From NCBI GenBank assembly GCA_963801165.1, contig CAWDDT010000011.1, forward strand, positions 460,212-524,211: a DNA stretch of 64,000 nucleotides. The letters are read 5' to 3'. A program made the translations under genes and the position numbers. The notes under the pieces are model-generated. The model was given only the letters and a program-made list of their open reading frames with translations, was not told where the DNA came from and did no database searches. Origin of the DNA: an uncultured bacterium (GTDB lineage: Bacteria > Actinomycetota > Acidimicrobiia > Spongiisociales > UBA5794). This document shows, piece after piece, positions 1 to 7,400 of the stretch. Each line of letters starts with the position of its first letter. Position 1 is the first letter of the stretch.

Positions 1-7
1 CTCCATT

Positions 8-307
8 TCAGATCTGCATCCTCATGATCTCTTGGTAGGCCTCGATGGCCTTGTTCCGAACCTGTACCAGCAGGTCAACGCTGAGCTGAGCCTTCGTCAT
101 CGACGTCATCAGCTCCTGGACGGAGGCATCGCCGCCGGTTGCGATGTTCTGTGCGATGGAATCGGCGCCGAACTCGGCATCCGAAACCGACTGCAGTGCC
201 GAGGCGATCTTGTCACCGAATCCGTCCGCTGCAGTGGGGGCTGTCGGCTGCTGGGCAGCGGCTACGCCCGGGGTTCCGGCAACGCCGGAGATGGGAGGCA
301 ACATCAT
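8..307 (-). CDS. fliE: Flagellar hook-basal body protein FliE
   Basis: C-terminal KAQLSVDLLVQVRNKAIEAYQEIMRMQI is the FliE signature; follows flgC. Start could be 304, 307 or 319. Confidence 0.95.
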   Translation of the reverse strand: MMLPPISGVAGTPGVAAAQQPTAPTAADGFGDKIASALQSVSDAEFGADSIAQNIATGGDASVQELMTSMTKAQLSVDLLVQVRNKAIEAYQEIMRMQI

Positions 308-308
308 C

Positions 309-713
309 CTATTGTCCAATCCTGAGTGCGGCCTGGTAGGTCTCCTCGTTGGTCTTGATGACCTGGAGATTCATCTGGTAACTCCGCTGGGCGGCGATCA
401 TGTCCGTCATCTCCTTGGAGAGATCCACAACCGGGCGAACCACATAGCCTTCTTCGTTGGCGAGCGGGTTGTCCGGATCGAAAACCACCATCGGGTCGCC
501 GTCTGAATCGAGGATCTCCACAGCGCGGGCACCTTCACCGACGCCATCACCGTCGAGCACCTCCTCAGCGTGGATCAGCTTCGCCCGGAACGGCTCCTCG
601 TCTGCCGAGCGAATCGTGTTGATGTTGGCGATGTTGTGAGCGATCGCCTGGAGCCAGAGCTGAGAAACGTCGGCTCCGCTGCGTGCGATGTCGATTGCGT
701 CGAAGGCACCCAC
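309..713 (-). CDS. flgC: Flagellar basal-body rod protein FlgC
   Basis: 3' part of ORF 309..1187: IAHNIANINT, FDPDNPLA..GYV..P.VD...EM..MI.AQRSYQMN; GTG start overlaps the flgB stop (TAGTG). Confidence 0.95.
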   Translation of the reverse strand: MGAFDAIDIARSGADVSQLWLQAIAHNIANINTIRSADEEPFRAKLIHAEEVLDGDGVGEGARAVEILDSDGDPMVVFDPDNPLANEEGYVVRPVVDLSKEMTDMIAAQRSYQMNLQVIKTNEETYQAALRIGQ

Positions 714-1069
714 TACGAGGTCCTCCCAATCGCCGAGCGCAGCATCCCGGCTTTGAAGTTGAAAGCCTCGACCATTGCCTGTTGGAGCAGATTGGTCTGC
801 ATCATCTCGACGACCTCGTTCTCGAGGCTCACGTTGTTGCCGATGGCATCGCCCGGGGCGCCGGTACCGGCAATGTCGGGATCCTGGATCCGCTCCACCC
901 GGTCGCCGGCGAGAGCCCGCCGCAGCTGGTCCTCGAAGGAGACCCGTGAAGCTTTGAACCCGGGGACTTCGGAGTTGGCAACGTTGTTGGCGGTGACTTC
1001 GGCTCTGGTGTTGAGCGCATCCATGGCGTATTCGATTGCCGCCATCGTCTGGTCGGAGATCGGTACCAT
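713..1069 (-). CDS. flgB: Flagellar basal-body rod protein FlgB
   Basis: TANNVANSEVPGFKA..VSFE and GNNVSLENE motifs; purine-rich RBS (GAAGGAAAGG) before the ATG at 1069. Confidence 0.95.
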   Translation of the reverse strand: MVPISDQTMAAIEYAMDALNTRAEVTANNVANSEVPGFKASRVSFEDQLRRALAGDRVERIQDPDIAGTGAPGDAIGNNVSLENEVVEMMQTNLLQQAMVEAFNFKAGMLRSAIGRTS

Positions 1070-1086
1070 GTCGCCTTTCCTTCTCG

Positions 1087-1152
1087 TAGACGCGAAAGGG
1101 AAGAACGCAGGTGCGTTCTTCCCTGAATGCTTCGCGAGATCCATCTCGTCTA
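1087..1152 (-). promoter_or_regulatory. Structured flgB 5' leader: CsrA-like GGA hairpin plus long GC-rich stem
   Basis: Minus strand CGAGA-TGGA-TCTCG hairpin (1135-1148), AGGGAAGAACGCA/TGCGTTCTTCCCT stem, closing TAGAC/GTCTA. Confidence 0.5.
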
Positions 1153-1169
1153 AGTTGTTGTGCAACCCC

Positions 1170-1195
1170 GTCGGCCGGGTCGCTCACCGCATAAG
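1170..1195 (-). promoter_or_regulatory. Sigma-28-like promoter of the flgB operon
   Basis: CTT-ATGCGGTGAGCGACCCG-GCCGAC (N17), shared with five other sites in the window. Confidence 0.7.
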
Positions 1196-1213
1196 GGCTA
1201 ATACCGCATAAGG
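1186..1213. repeat. 11-bp direct repeat ACCGCATAAGG x2 (17-bp period) overlapping the -35 of the flgB promoter
   Basis: Exact copies at 1186-1196 and 1203-1213. Confidence 0.8.
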
Positions 1214-1248
1214 TCTAGTGAGGAGATAGCCGCCCCTGTCGAGGCTTC

Positions 1249-1518
1249 CTACCCCGTGTGGTGCGGGCTCTTCTCGACGACGGCGATGGCGGCAACGACC
1301 GCAACCGCGACCCTTGCTCTCTCCTTGGCCTTCTCGGCGTCGATTCGTTTCAGGATCCGTCCCATATCTGACGACGAGTAGCCGGGGTGCAGTTTCGACA
1401 AGGTGAGGGCTATCACGTCGTCGCGGCACGGCCCGCAGGTCTGGATATGGTCGTGGCCGGTCAAGAGGCGGTCGACTGTCGCCGGGACTATCTGCTCTAG
1501 ATCGTTGGTTACTGACAT
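1249..1518 (-). CDS. ComFB-family protein (candidate cyclic di-nucleotide receptor)
   Basis: 89 aa: V.N..E..V, CGPCRDDVIALTLSKLHPGY (CxxCxxD..AL.L..L...Y) and C-terminal V...PHH match the ComFB family; GAGG RBS. Confidence 0.8.
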   Translation of the reverse strand: MSVTNDLEQIVPATVDRLLTGHDHIQTCGPCRDDVIALTLSKLHPGYSSSDMGRILKRIDAEKAKERARVAVAVVAAIAVVEKSPHHTG

Positions 1519-1603
1519 TGAAATCACCTCGTGGTGCGATGGTGCCGGCATGACGCCCGGCACCCCGGGTTGTTGCGAGACTGGAGGAAACTCCACACCT
1601 TCT

Positions 1604-2071
1604 CTAGGCCTTTCCCGAATGCGAGCTGAAAGCCCCGTCATCGAACCGAAGCGAGGCACGGCGGGCACTCGTGCCCCCCACGCACGATGCGTCGGGCCGG
1701 AAACCGTGCTTGCGGAGGAGTTGGATCGCGAGATCGGTGTTGCGCTCTCCGATGCCTGCCGACTCGGAGTTGCCGCCGAACGTGAACATCTGGGCACCCC
1801 CTACCACCCATGCCTTGCACCGTATCTTGGCGATTCCGGCTTCTGCCAGCTTATCCAGAAGGAACGGGACGGCCGTCTCCACGTACTTGCCCGGCTGATC
1901 GGGCACCTCCCCGGCCCGTGGCTGAGCGAGCAAGGAGTGGGCGGCGACGGCGAATTTCCCCGGCATGGCGATAAAGATCCCGGCGCAGCTGCCGAGACCG
2001 ATCATCTCGATCACGTCACCGGGATCGGTGGCGACCGCGGTCTGCCCGATGCTCACAACATATCTCGCCAT
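1604..2071 (-). CDS. cheD: Chemoreceptor glutamine deamidase CheD
   Basis: GLGSC catalytic motif, AHSLL, PGKY, GGAQMF, IGERN, VGG..R. Confidence 0.93.
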   Translation of the reverse strand: MARYVVSIGQTAVATDPGDVIEMIGLGSCAGIFIAMPGKFAVAAHSLLAQPRAGEVPDQPGKYVETAVPFLLDKLAEAGIAKIRCKAWVVGGAQMFTFGGNSESAGIGERNTDLAIQLLRKHGFRPDASCVGGTSARRASLRFDDGAFSSHSGKA

Positions 2072-2634
2072 CAGACAAGGGACTCCACATGTCGCAGCGA
2101 CGATGGACCGGGGAAGTAGACGAGCTCGGCAGGAGCACGCCCGTCATTGAGACGGAGCCAGCAGCGCACCAGCGTGTAGGGCTCGGTGTCGGACGCCATC
2201 GCCAGCACGGTCTCCATGATCGCCGCCCGGCTGCCACTTGCGGTCGCCGGGGGCTCGTAGTGGCCCTGTAGTCCGAACATCGAGCCGATAGCCTCGAGGA
2301 AGCGGGCGGCAAAGATGTTGCCGATCTCTCCTATGGCCGCCGCTTCGAGCTCAAGAGGAGCGCCCAGAGCCGCAAGGTAGGGGGCGGGGTCTTCGATGAA
2401 GAGCGTGATCACACCGTCGAGATCCCCGCTGCACGCGAGAAGCACCACAGCTGTGTTCGGGCTCCGACCACTAATCAGCAGCTCGCAGGCAGTAGGTAGG
2501 TCGACCTGGTAGGCGACCGGCGGGTCGAGGGTCACCTGTGAGTGCAGGAACCCGGCAAGCGCGGTGGCGGCGTTCCCGGTCCCGATGTTTGCTATCTCGC
2601 TGTAGGCCTCGAGATACCGATCTTGAGCCACCAT
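2071..2634 (-). CDS. cheC: CheY-P phosphatase CheC
   Basis: Two E-x2-N sites (SEIANIGTGNAATAL; GEIGNI); translationally coupled to cheD. Confidence 0.9.
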   Translation of the reverse strand: MVAQDRYLEAYSEIANIGTGNAATALAGFLHSQVTLDPPVAYQVDLPTACELLISGRSPNTAVVLLACSGDLDGVITLFIEDPAPYLAALGAPLELEAAAIGEIGNIFAARFLEAIGSMFGLQGHYEPPATASGSRAAIMETVLAMASDTEPYTLVRCWLRLNDGRAPAELVYFPGPSSLRHVESLV

Positions 2635-2695
2635 TTGTGATTCTCCTCGATTGAGTCCGGCACGTCGGTCAGGAAATGAGCCGGCTCTGCACCCT

Positions 2696-2721
2696 GTCGG
2701 CCGGTGCCCAAATAGGGAAAG
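2696..2721 (-). promoter_or_regulatory. Sigma-28-like promoter of cheC-cheD-comFB
   Basis: CTT-TCCCTATTTGGGCACCG-GCCGAC (N17). Confidence 0.7.
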
Positions 2722-2804
2722 TGGAATCTTCCGCCACCTCGACGGTCAAGGCAATCCGATCGCAGAGAGCCGCACCATTGCATAGGGGTGCGCGCGTTGG
2801 TCTG

Positions 2805-2830
2805 CTTTAGCGTTCCAACCAACGGCCGAC
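2805..2830 (+). promoter_or_regulatory. Sigma-28-like promoter of the fliM-che operon
   Basis: CTT-TAGCGTTCCAACCAACG-GCCGAC (N17). Confidence 0.7.
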
Positions 2831-2852
2831 TTTGAGCAGGTAGTCGCAACCA

Positions 2853-3797
2853 GTGAAGGCGCCTGTGCCCCAGAAAACCCTCAGTCAGAGTCAAATCGAC
2901 GCACTCATCGCTGCCGCGGGCAGAAAGGTCGAGCCCTACGACTATCACGTCGGCAAGGCGTTCGACAGCGGAACCGTTGCCGAGATCTCGTCGCTTCACA
3001 AAGCGTTCGCCACAGAGCTCGCCGCACGACTCACCGCGCTGCTACAAGTGCCTGTCCTGGTCGAGGATCAGGGAATCGATCAGGCCCGGTTCGAGTCCTA
3101 CGTAAATGCTCTGCCCAGCCCGACCATGGTCGGTGTCATCTCTTTGCGCCCCGGCGACTACATGGCCGTCACCGATATCGCCAACCATCTCGGCTTCGCC
3201 ATGCTCGACGTGCTGCTCGGCGGGACCGGTCGACCGGCAGGCTTCCGCGCCTTCACAGATCTGGAAGCCATCCTCCTCGGCGAGATCATCGAAAAGATCG
3301 GCTGGGCCGTACGTGCGGCCTTCGAGACTCACATCGTGTTCGAGCCGTCGGTCGCAGAGATCCAGTCCCGACCAGCGATAGGCCACGTGTCGGTTGCCTC
3401 CGACTCTGTCCTCATCCAATCGTTTCGGGTACGGCTCGACGCCCCATACGCCAGTGAGGGAATCCTCAGCATCTGCTACCCCCGCAGGCTTCTCGAGGCC
3501 ATCCTCGAGAATCGCCCCGGTAGGGAACGGGCCGAGGACGATGGGACGACCAACGGAGCAACTGCCAACAAGGTCGAGGAAGCACCAGTCCATCTGAGTG
3601 CTCGAATCAACGGAGCCACCCTCACGCTCAGTGAGCTGTCGCTCCTCCAGCCGGGCGACGTAGTCGTGCTCGGGAACCCCGTCGACGAGCCGGCCATGGT
3701 CTCCGCCGGCGGCGTCAAATTGTTCACAGGCGAGGTTGGCCGTCACAACGGCCACGTCGCCCTCCGTATCGGCAAATGGATGCGCAATGACCACTGA
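2853..3797 (+). CDS. fliM: Flagellar motor switch protein FliM
   Basis: N-terminal CheY-binding LSQSQIDALI, YD motif, D.LLGG.G, R.FT.LE, C-terminal SpoA domain (LQPGDVV.L). Confidence 0.92.
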   Translation: MKAPVPQKTLSQSQIDALIAAAGRKVEPYDYHVGKAFDSGTVAEISSLHKAFATELAARLTALLQVPVLVEDQGIDQARFESYVNALPSPTMVGVISLRPGDYMAVTDIANHLGFAMLDVLLGGTGRPAGFRAFTDLEAILLGEIIEKIGWAVRAAFETHIVFEPSVAEIQSRPAIGHVSVASDSVLIQSFRVRLDAPYASEGILSICYPRRLLEAILENRPGRERAEDDGTTNGATANKVEEAPVHLSARINGATLTLSELSLLQPGDVVVLGNPVDEPAMVSAGGVKLFTGEVGRHNGHVALRIGKWMRNDH

Positions 3798-4695
3798 AAT
3801 CAATCAGCAAGCGACGCCCGGTCTCGCAGGCGCGGCGGCAGCCATGATCGGGGGTTCCGCCAAGAACCTCGGCCAGCTGCTCGGAGTGCCTGTTGAGTTC
3901 ACACTGCTCGAGATCGGCGACGCCAAGACTCATGTACCGGAAATCATCGAGGAGGGCGTGCACCTCAGCGTCGACTTCACCGGGGCCCTCTCCGGCGACT
4001 CGTGGCTGGTCGTGTCTTCGGAGGACGCCAAGACCATCGTCAGGATCATGACCAAGGGCATGGGCGTCAACGAGGAGGACCTGTTGGGCGAGCTGGGCAT
4101 GTCGGCCTTGTCGGAGGCGATGAACCAGCTGATGGCCGGAGCCGCCACCGCGCTCAGCGACGGGCTGGGTGAACGTATCGACATCTCCCCGCCGACGATC
4201 TCGACCAACCCGGAACCTACAGAGGACGAGGGCGATGCGATTGTCGTCACCTACCAGGGCGAAATCGGCGGGCAGGCCCGGTCCAAGGTCTACTGGAAGA
4301 TCGACCGCGAGCTCGCCGCGAGCCTCGGCACTCGCTGGCTCGCCTCTACAGCCGAGGAGCCGCCGGCTGCGGTGACCGAACAGCCCGCGACACCGGCGGC
4401 GCCGACTCCGGCCGTCGCTCAGACCGCTCCGACCGCCTCGGTCGCACCGCTGGGTGGGGGCGTCCTCGGCTCTGTCGAGCTGGACATAGCCGTCGAGCTC
4501 GGAAACGTCTCGATGACCATCGGCCAGCTTCTCCGGATGGGAGAAGGCAGCGTCGTGACCCTCAACCAATCTGTCGGAGACAACGTCGTCATGCTCGCCA
4601 ACGGCACCCGCGTGGCGAGTGGGGAAGTCGTCATTGTCGACGGCACTCTTGGGTTCCGCGTCGCGGAGCTCATCACGGAAGCCAAAGGAGCGTAA
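3787..4695 (+). CDS. fliY: Flagellar switch phosphatase FliY (CheC-like domain + FliN/SpoA domain)
   Basis: SALSEAMNQLM CheC-type site and IDISPP; Pro/Ala linker; FliN domain (VELG..., ANG..VASGEVVIVD..LGFRV). Confidence 0.85.
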   Translation: MTTEINQQATPGLAGAAAAMIGGSAKNLGQLLGVPVEFTLLEIGDAKTHVPEIIEEGVHLSVDFTGALSGDSWLVVSSEDAKTIVRIMTKGMGVNEEDLLGELGMSALSEAMNQLMAGAATALSDGLGERIDISPPTISTNPEPTEDEGDAIVVTYQGEIGGQARSKVYWKIDRELAASLGTRWLASTAEEPPAAVTEQPATPAAPTPAVAQTAPTASVAPLGGGVLGSVELDIAVELGNVSMTIGQLLRMGEGSVVTLNQSVGDNVVMLANGTRVASGEVVIVDGTLGFRVAELITEAKGA

Positions 4696-4701
4696 CGGGA
4701 C

Positions 4702-5061
4702 ATGGCAAGGATAATGATCGTCGACGACAACGCATTCATGCGTAGCACGATAAAGGGGGTGTTGACCCAGGCAGGCTTCGATATCGCCGCGGAAGCGACG
4801 GATGGAGCCGAGGCGGTCAGCACCTACGCGACAGCACAGCCTGATCTCGTCACCATGGACATCACAATGCCCAACATGGACGGGGTCGAAGCCCTCAAAG
4901 AGCTGCTCAAGGCAGACCCCGGAGCCAAGGTAGTGATGGTTTCTGCGATGGGCCAGGAGTCGCTGGTTGTCGAAGCAGTCACCGCAGGCGCAGTCGATTT
5001 TGTCATCAAGCCGTTCGAGCCGGATCGTGTCGTCGACGCGATCAACAAAGCCCTGGCTTGA
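4702..5061 (+). CDS. cheY: Chemotaxis response regulator CheY
   Basis: Single REC domain resembling Bacillus/Thermotoga CheY (IVDD.AFMR, DLVTMDITMP.MDG, SAMGQ, DFVIKPF). Confidence 0.93.
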   Translation: MARIMIVDDNAFMRSTIKGVLTQAGFDIAAEATDGAEAVSTYATAQPDLVTMDITMPNMDGVEALKELLKADPGAKVVMVSAMGQESLVVEAVTAGAVDFVIKPFEPDRVVDAINKALA

Positions 5062-5084
5062 GCGTCATTCAAATGGAGGAAACA

Positions 5085-5570
5085 ATGCAAGCGATTGAGA
5101 AGCAGGATCAACTGCAGCTCGTTGCCTTCCGGCTCGGGGCCGAGGAGTACGCGATCCCGATCGAGATGGTGGAGAGCATCATCAAGCTCGGACCGTTGAC
5201 CAGTGTCCCCGGCTCGCCGTCATATGTGCGCGGCGTCATGAACCTGCGGGGACGCATCATGTCTGTCATCGACCTCCGGCACCGTTTCGGAATGCCCTCC
5301 GAAGCGGATCAGCCGGATGGCCGGATCCTCGTTGTCCAGTACGGCGACACGACCATCGGGTTGCTCGTCGACAGTGTCTCGGAGGTGTTCAACCTGGACG
5401 AGATGGAGTTCCAGCCGCCGCCACCGGAACTGGGCAACGGTGCCGTCGGCGGAGTCGACGGGATTGTACATGCCGGCAACCGGCTGATCGTCCTGCTCAA
5501 CGTGGAATCCATTCTCCGCTCCACCGCGGACATCGAGTCCGCGGGTGATATGGCGACCACCACGTCATGA
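5085..5570 (+). CDS. cheW: Chemotaxis coupling protein CheW
   Basis: LVAFRLG.EEYAI, VPGSP.YV.GVMNLRG.I, GLLVDSVSEV; GGAGG RBS before the ATG at 5085. Confidence 0.95.
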   Translation: MQAIEKQDQLQLVAFRLGAEEYAIPIEMVESIIKLGPLTSVPGSPSYVRGVMNLRGRIMSVIDLRHRFGMPSEADQPDGRILVVQYGDTTIGLLVDSVSEVFNLDEMEFQPPPPELGNGAVGGVDGIVHAGNRLIVLLNVESILRSTADIESAGDMATTTS

Positions 5571-6616
5571 ACACGACGAGCCGTGTTGTAGTTGTCGACG
5601 ACTCTGCCATGATGCGGCAGACGGTATCTGACGCCCTCACCGCCATACGCGGTGTTGAGATCGTGGCCGTTGCGGCCAGCGGTCCCGAAGCCGTCAGAGT
5701 CATCGCCGAGTACAAGCCCGATATCGTTTCCCTCGATATCGAGCTTCCCGGACTGAATGGTCTCGGGGTCCTCCAAAAGACGATGCAAGACAATCCGACA
5801 CGGGTCGTTCTGGTGTCTGCTCACACCACGGCAGGTGCGGAAACAACGATCGAGGGGCTCGCCCTCGGTGCGCTCGACTTTGTGCCGAAGCCGAGCGCTA
5901 CGGAAGGCATCGACGTCTTCCGGGTTCGGCTGCGAAGAACGTTCCGGGCGGCTCTTGCCGCCAAGCTCCCTCAGCCGGCCTCGGCGACGCGAGCGCCGAT
6001 CGTCGGCGAAATCGCACCCCTGCGACCTACGTCGCTCGCCGTGATCGCTTCCTCGACAGGAGGACCACAGGCGCTCCATGACTTCTTCTCGGCGTTCACC
6101 AGGACGCCCCCGTTCCCTATCGCTGTTGTCCAGCACATGCCTCCCACGTTCACGGCGAAGATGGCTGAGCGTCTCGATCGAATCGGCGTTGTCGCAGTTG
6201 CCGAGGCGCAAGACGGTGATCGTCTCGAGCGGGGCAGGGCGCTGATCGCTCCCGGTCACGCTCACCTGGAGATCCATGGGGACCGGGTCAGGTTGAGCGA
6301 CAGCCCGCCTGTGGGTGGTCTCCGCCCCCGCGCCGACATCGCCATGACCACGGCCGTTGAGCACTACGGCGAGCACATGATCGCAATGGTGATGACCGGG
6401 ATGGGCACCGACGGGCTGATCGGTTGCCGCGACGTCAAGCGCTCCGGTGGCCAGATCATCGCCCAGGATGGCCCTTCCTCGACCGTGGACGGCATGCCGC
6501 GCGCCATCCGCAACGCCGGTATCGCCGATCGGATCGGCCCACCCCATGTCATGGCCAGGATCCTCGAGGCGACTCCGGCAGAGCCGAGACGCCTCGCCCC
6601 GGCGGAAAGGCTGTGA
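5567..6616 (+). CDS. cheB: Chemotaxis methylesterase CheB (REC + esterase)
   Basis: REC domain plus SSTGGP, QHMP and TGMGTDG catalytic motifs. Confidence 0.95.
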   Translation: MNTTSRVVVVDDSAMMRQTVSDALTAIRGVEIVAVAASGPEAVRVIAEYKPDIVSLDIELPGLNGLGVLQKTMQDNPTRVVLVSAHTTAGAETTIEGLALGALDFVPKPSATEGIDVFRVRLRRTFRAALAAKLPQPASATRAPIVGEIAPLRPTSLAVIASSTGGPQALHDFFSAFTRTPPFPIAVVQHMPPTFTAKMAERLDRIGVVAVAEAQDGDRLERGRALIAPGHAHLEIHGDRVRLSDSPPVGGLRPRADIAMTTAVEHYGEHMIAMVMTGMGTDGLIGCRDVKRSGGQIIAQDGPSSTVDGMPRAIRNAGIADRIGPPHVMARILEATPAEPRRLAPAERL

Positions 6617-6617
6617 T

Positions 6618-7400
6618 GTGAACACCCTAGAGGCAGTGCGCACCATCATGAGCCGGTACGAGTCACTCGAGATCGGGGGGATTCGCGATGCCCAGCTCGA
6701 ACGTCGCATCTCGAGCTTCATGCGTCGGTCGGCTATCGGCGACGAGGCAGAGCTGCTCGCCGGTCTGCGGCGCGACCCCGCGCTACGGGCTCGCATGATC
6801 GACGCACTGACGATCAACGTCACCTCCGTTTACCGGAATGCCTCCGCGTGGGACCTCCTCCGCAAGGAGTTCCTCCCCGGGATGGGACACCGCGTCAAGA
6901 TGTGGAGTGCCGGTGCATCGACGGGTGCCGAGGCGTACTCGATGGCGATCGTCGCCAAGGAGAACGGGCAGACCGCCGACATAACCGCGACCGACATCGA
7001 CCAGCGCAGCCTCGACAAGGCAGTCCTCGGTCGGTACTCGAAACAAGAACTCAACGAGGTGCCCACCGACATACGGGCGAAGTACTTCACCGAGGACGAT
7101 GACGAATGGGTCGTCGACCCTACTCTGCGCCGGTCGATCCGTTTCGCTAAACACGATCTCCTGGCCGAGCCCGCAGTTGGCAGTCGGTTTGACCTGATCG
7201 CTTGCCGGAACGTCGTTATCTACTTCAGCGCCGCCGCCCAGCGCGACCTCCATCGCAAACTGGCGGCTGCACTTCGCCCCGGCGGGGTGCTCTTCATCGG
7301 AGGGGCCGAGCGTGTCGCAGAACCGGAGGCGCTCGGCCTCGAAACAAAGCAACGACCCTTCTACGTGCGTAGGGAAGACATCAAGGCGGTAGCGGTATGA
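6618..7400 (+). CDS. cheR: Chemotaxis methyltransferase CheR
   Basis: LTINVT..YRN, WSAGASTG.EAYSMA, ATDID, FDLI.CRNV.IYF, L.PGG.L.IG; GTG start after the cheB stop. Confidence 0.93.
   Translation: MNTLEAVRTIMSRYESLEIGGIRDAQLERRISSFMRRSAIGDEAELLAGLRRDPALRARMIDALTINVTSVYRNASAWDLLRKEFLPGMGHRVKMWSAGASTGAEAYSMAIVAKENGQTADITATDIDQRSLDKAVLGRYSKQELNEVPTDIRAKYFTEDDDEWVVDPTLRRSIRFAKHDLLAEPAVGSRFDLIACRNVVIYFSAAAQRDLHRKLAAALRPGGVLFIGGAERVAEPEALGLETKQRPFYVRREDIKAVAV

Noticed and set aside
1-6. Start of the next gene (probably fliF) after fliE
   Set aside because: Only two codons are visible at the window edge.
714-1187. 292-aa ORF 309..1187 as an N-terminally extended FlgC
   Set aside because: The extension overlaps flgB in another frame; homology begins at the GTG at 713.
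1070-1248. Canonical c-di-GMP-I riboswitch upstream of flgB
   Set aside because: I could not find the GGCAAA/GAAA-tetraloop and receptor pattern; kept only as a generic structured leader.
5309-6823. Long antisense ORFs (this one and e.g. 35684..36889, 48664..49902, 52795..54090)
   Set aside because: Shadow ORFs opposite well-supported genes, expected at high GC; only the 5' tip of 52795..54090 is real (NUDIX remnant).
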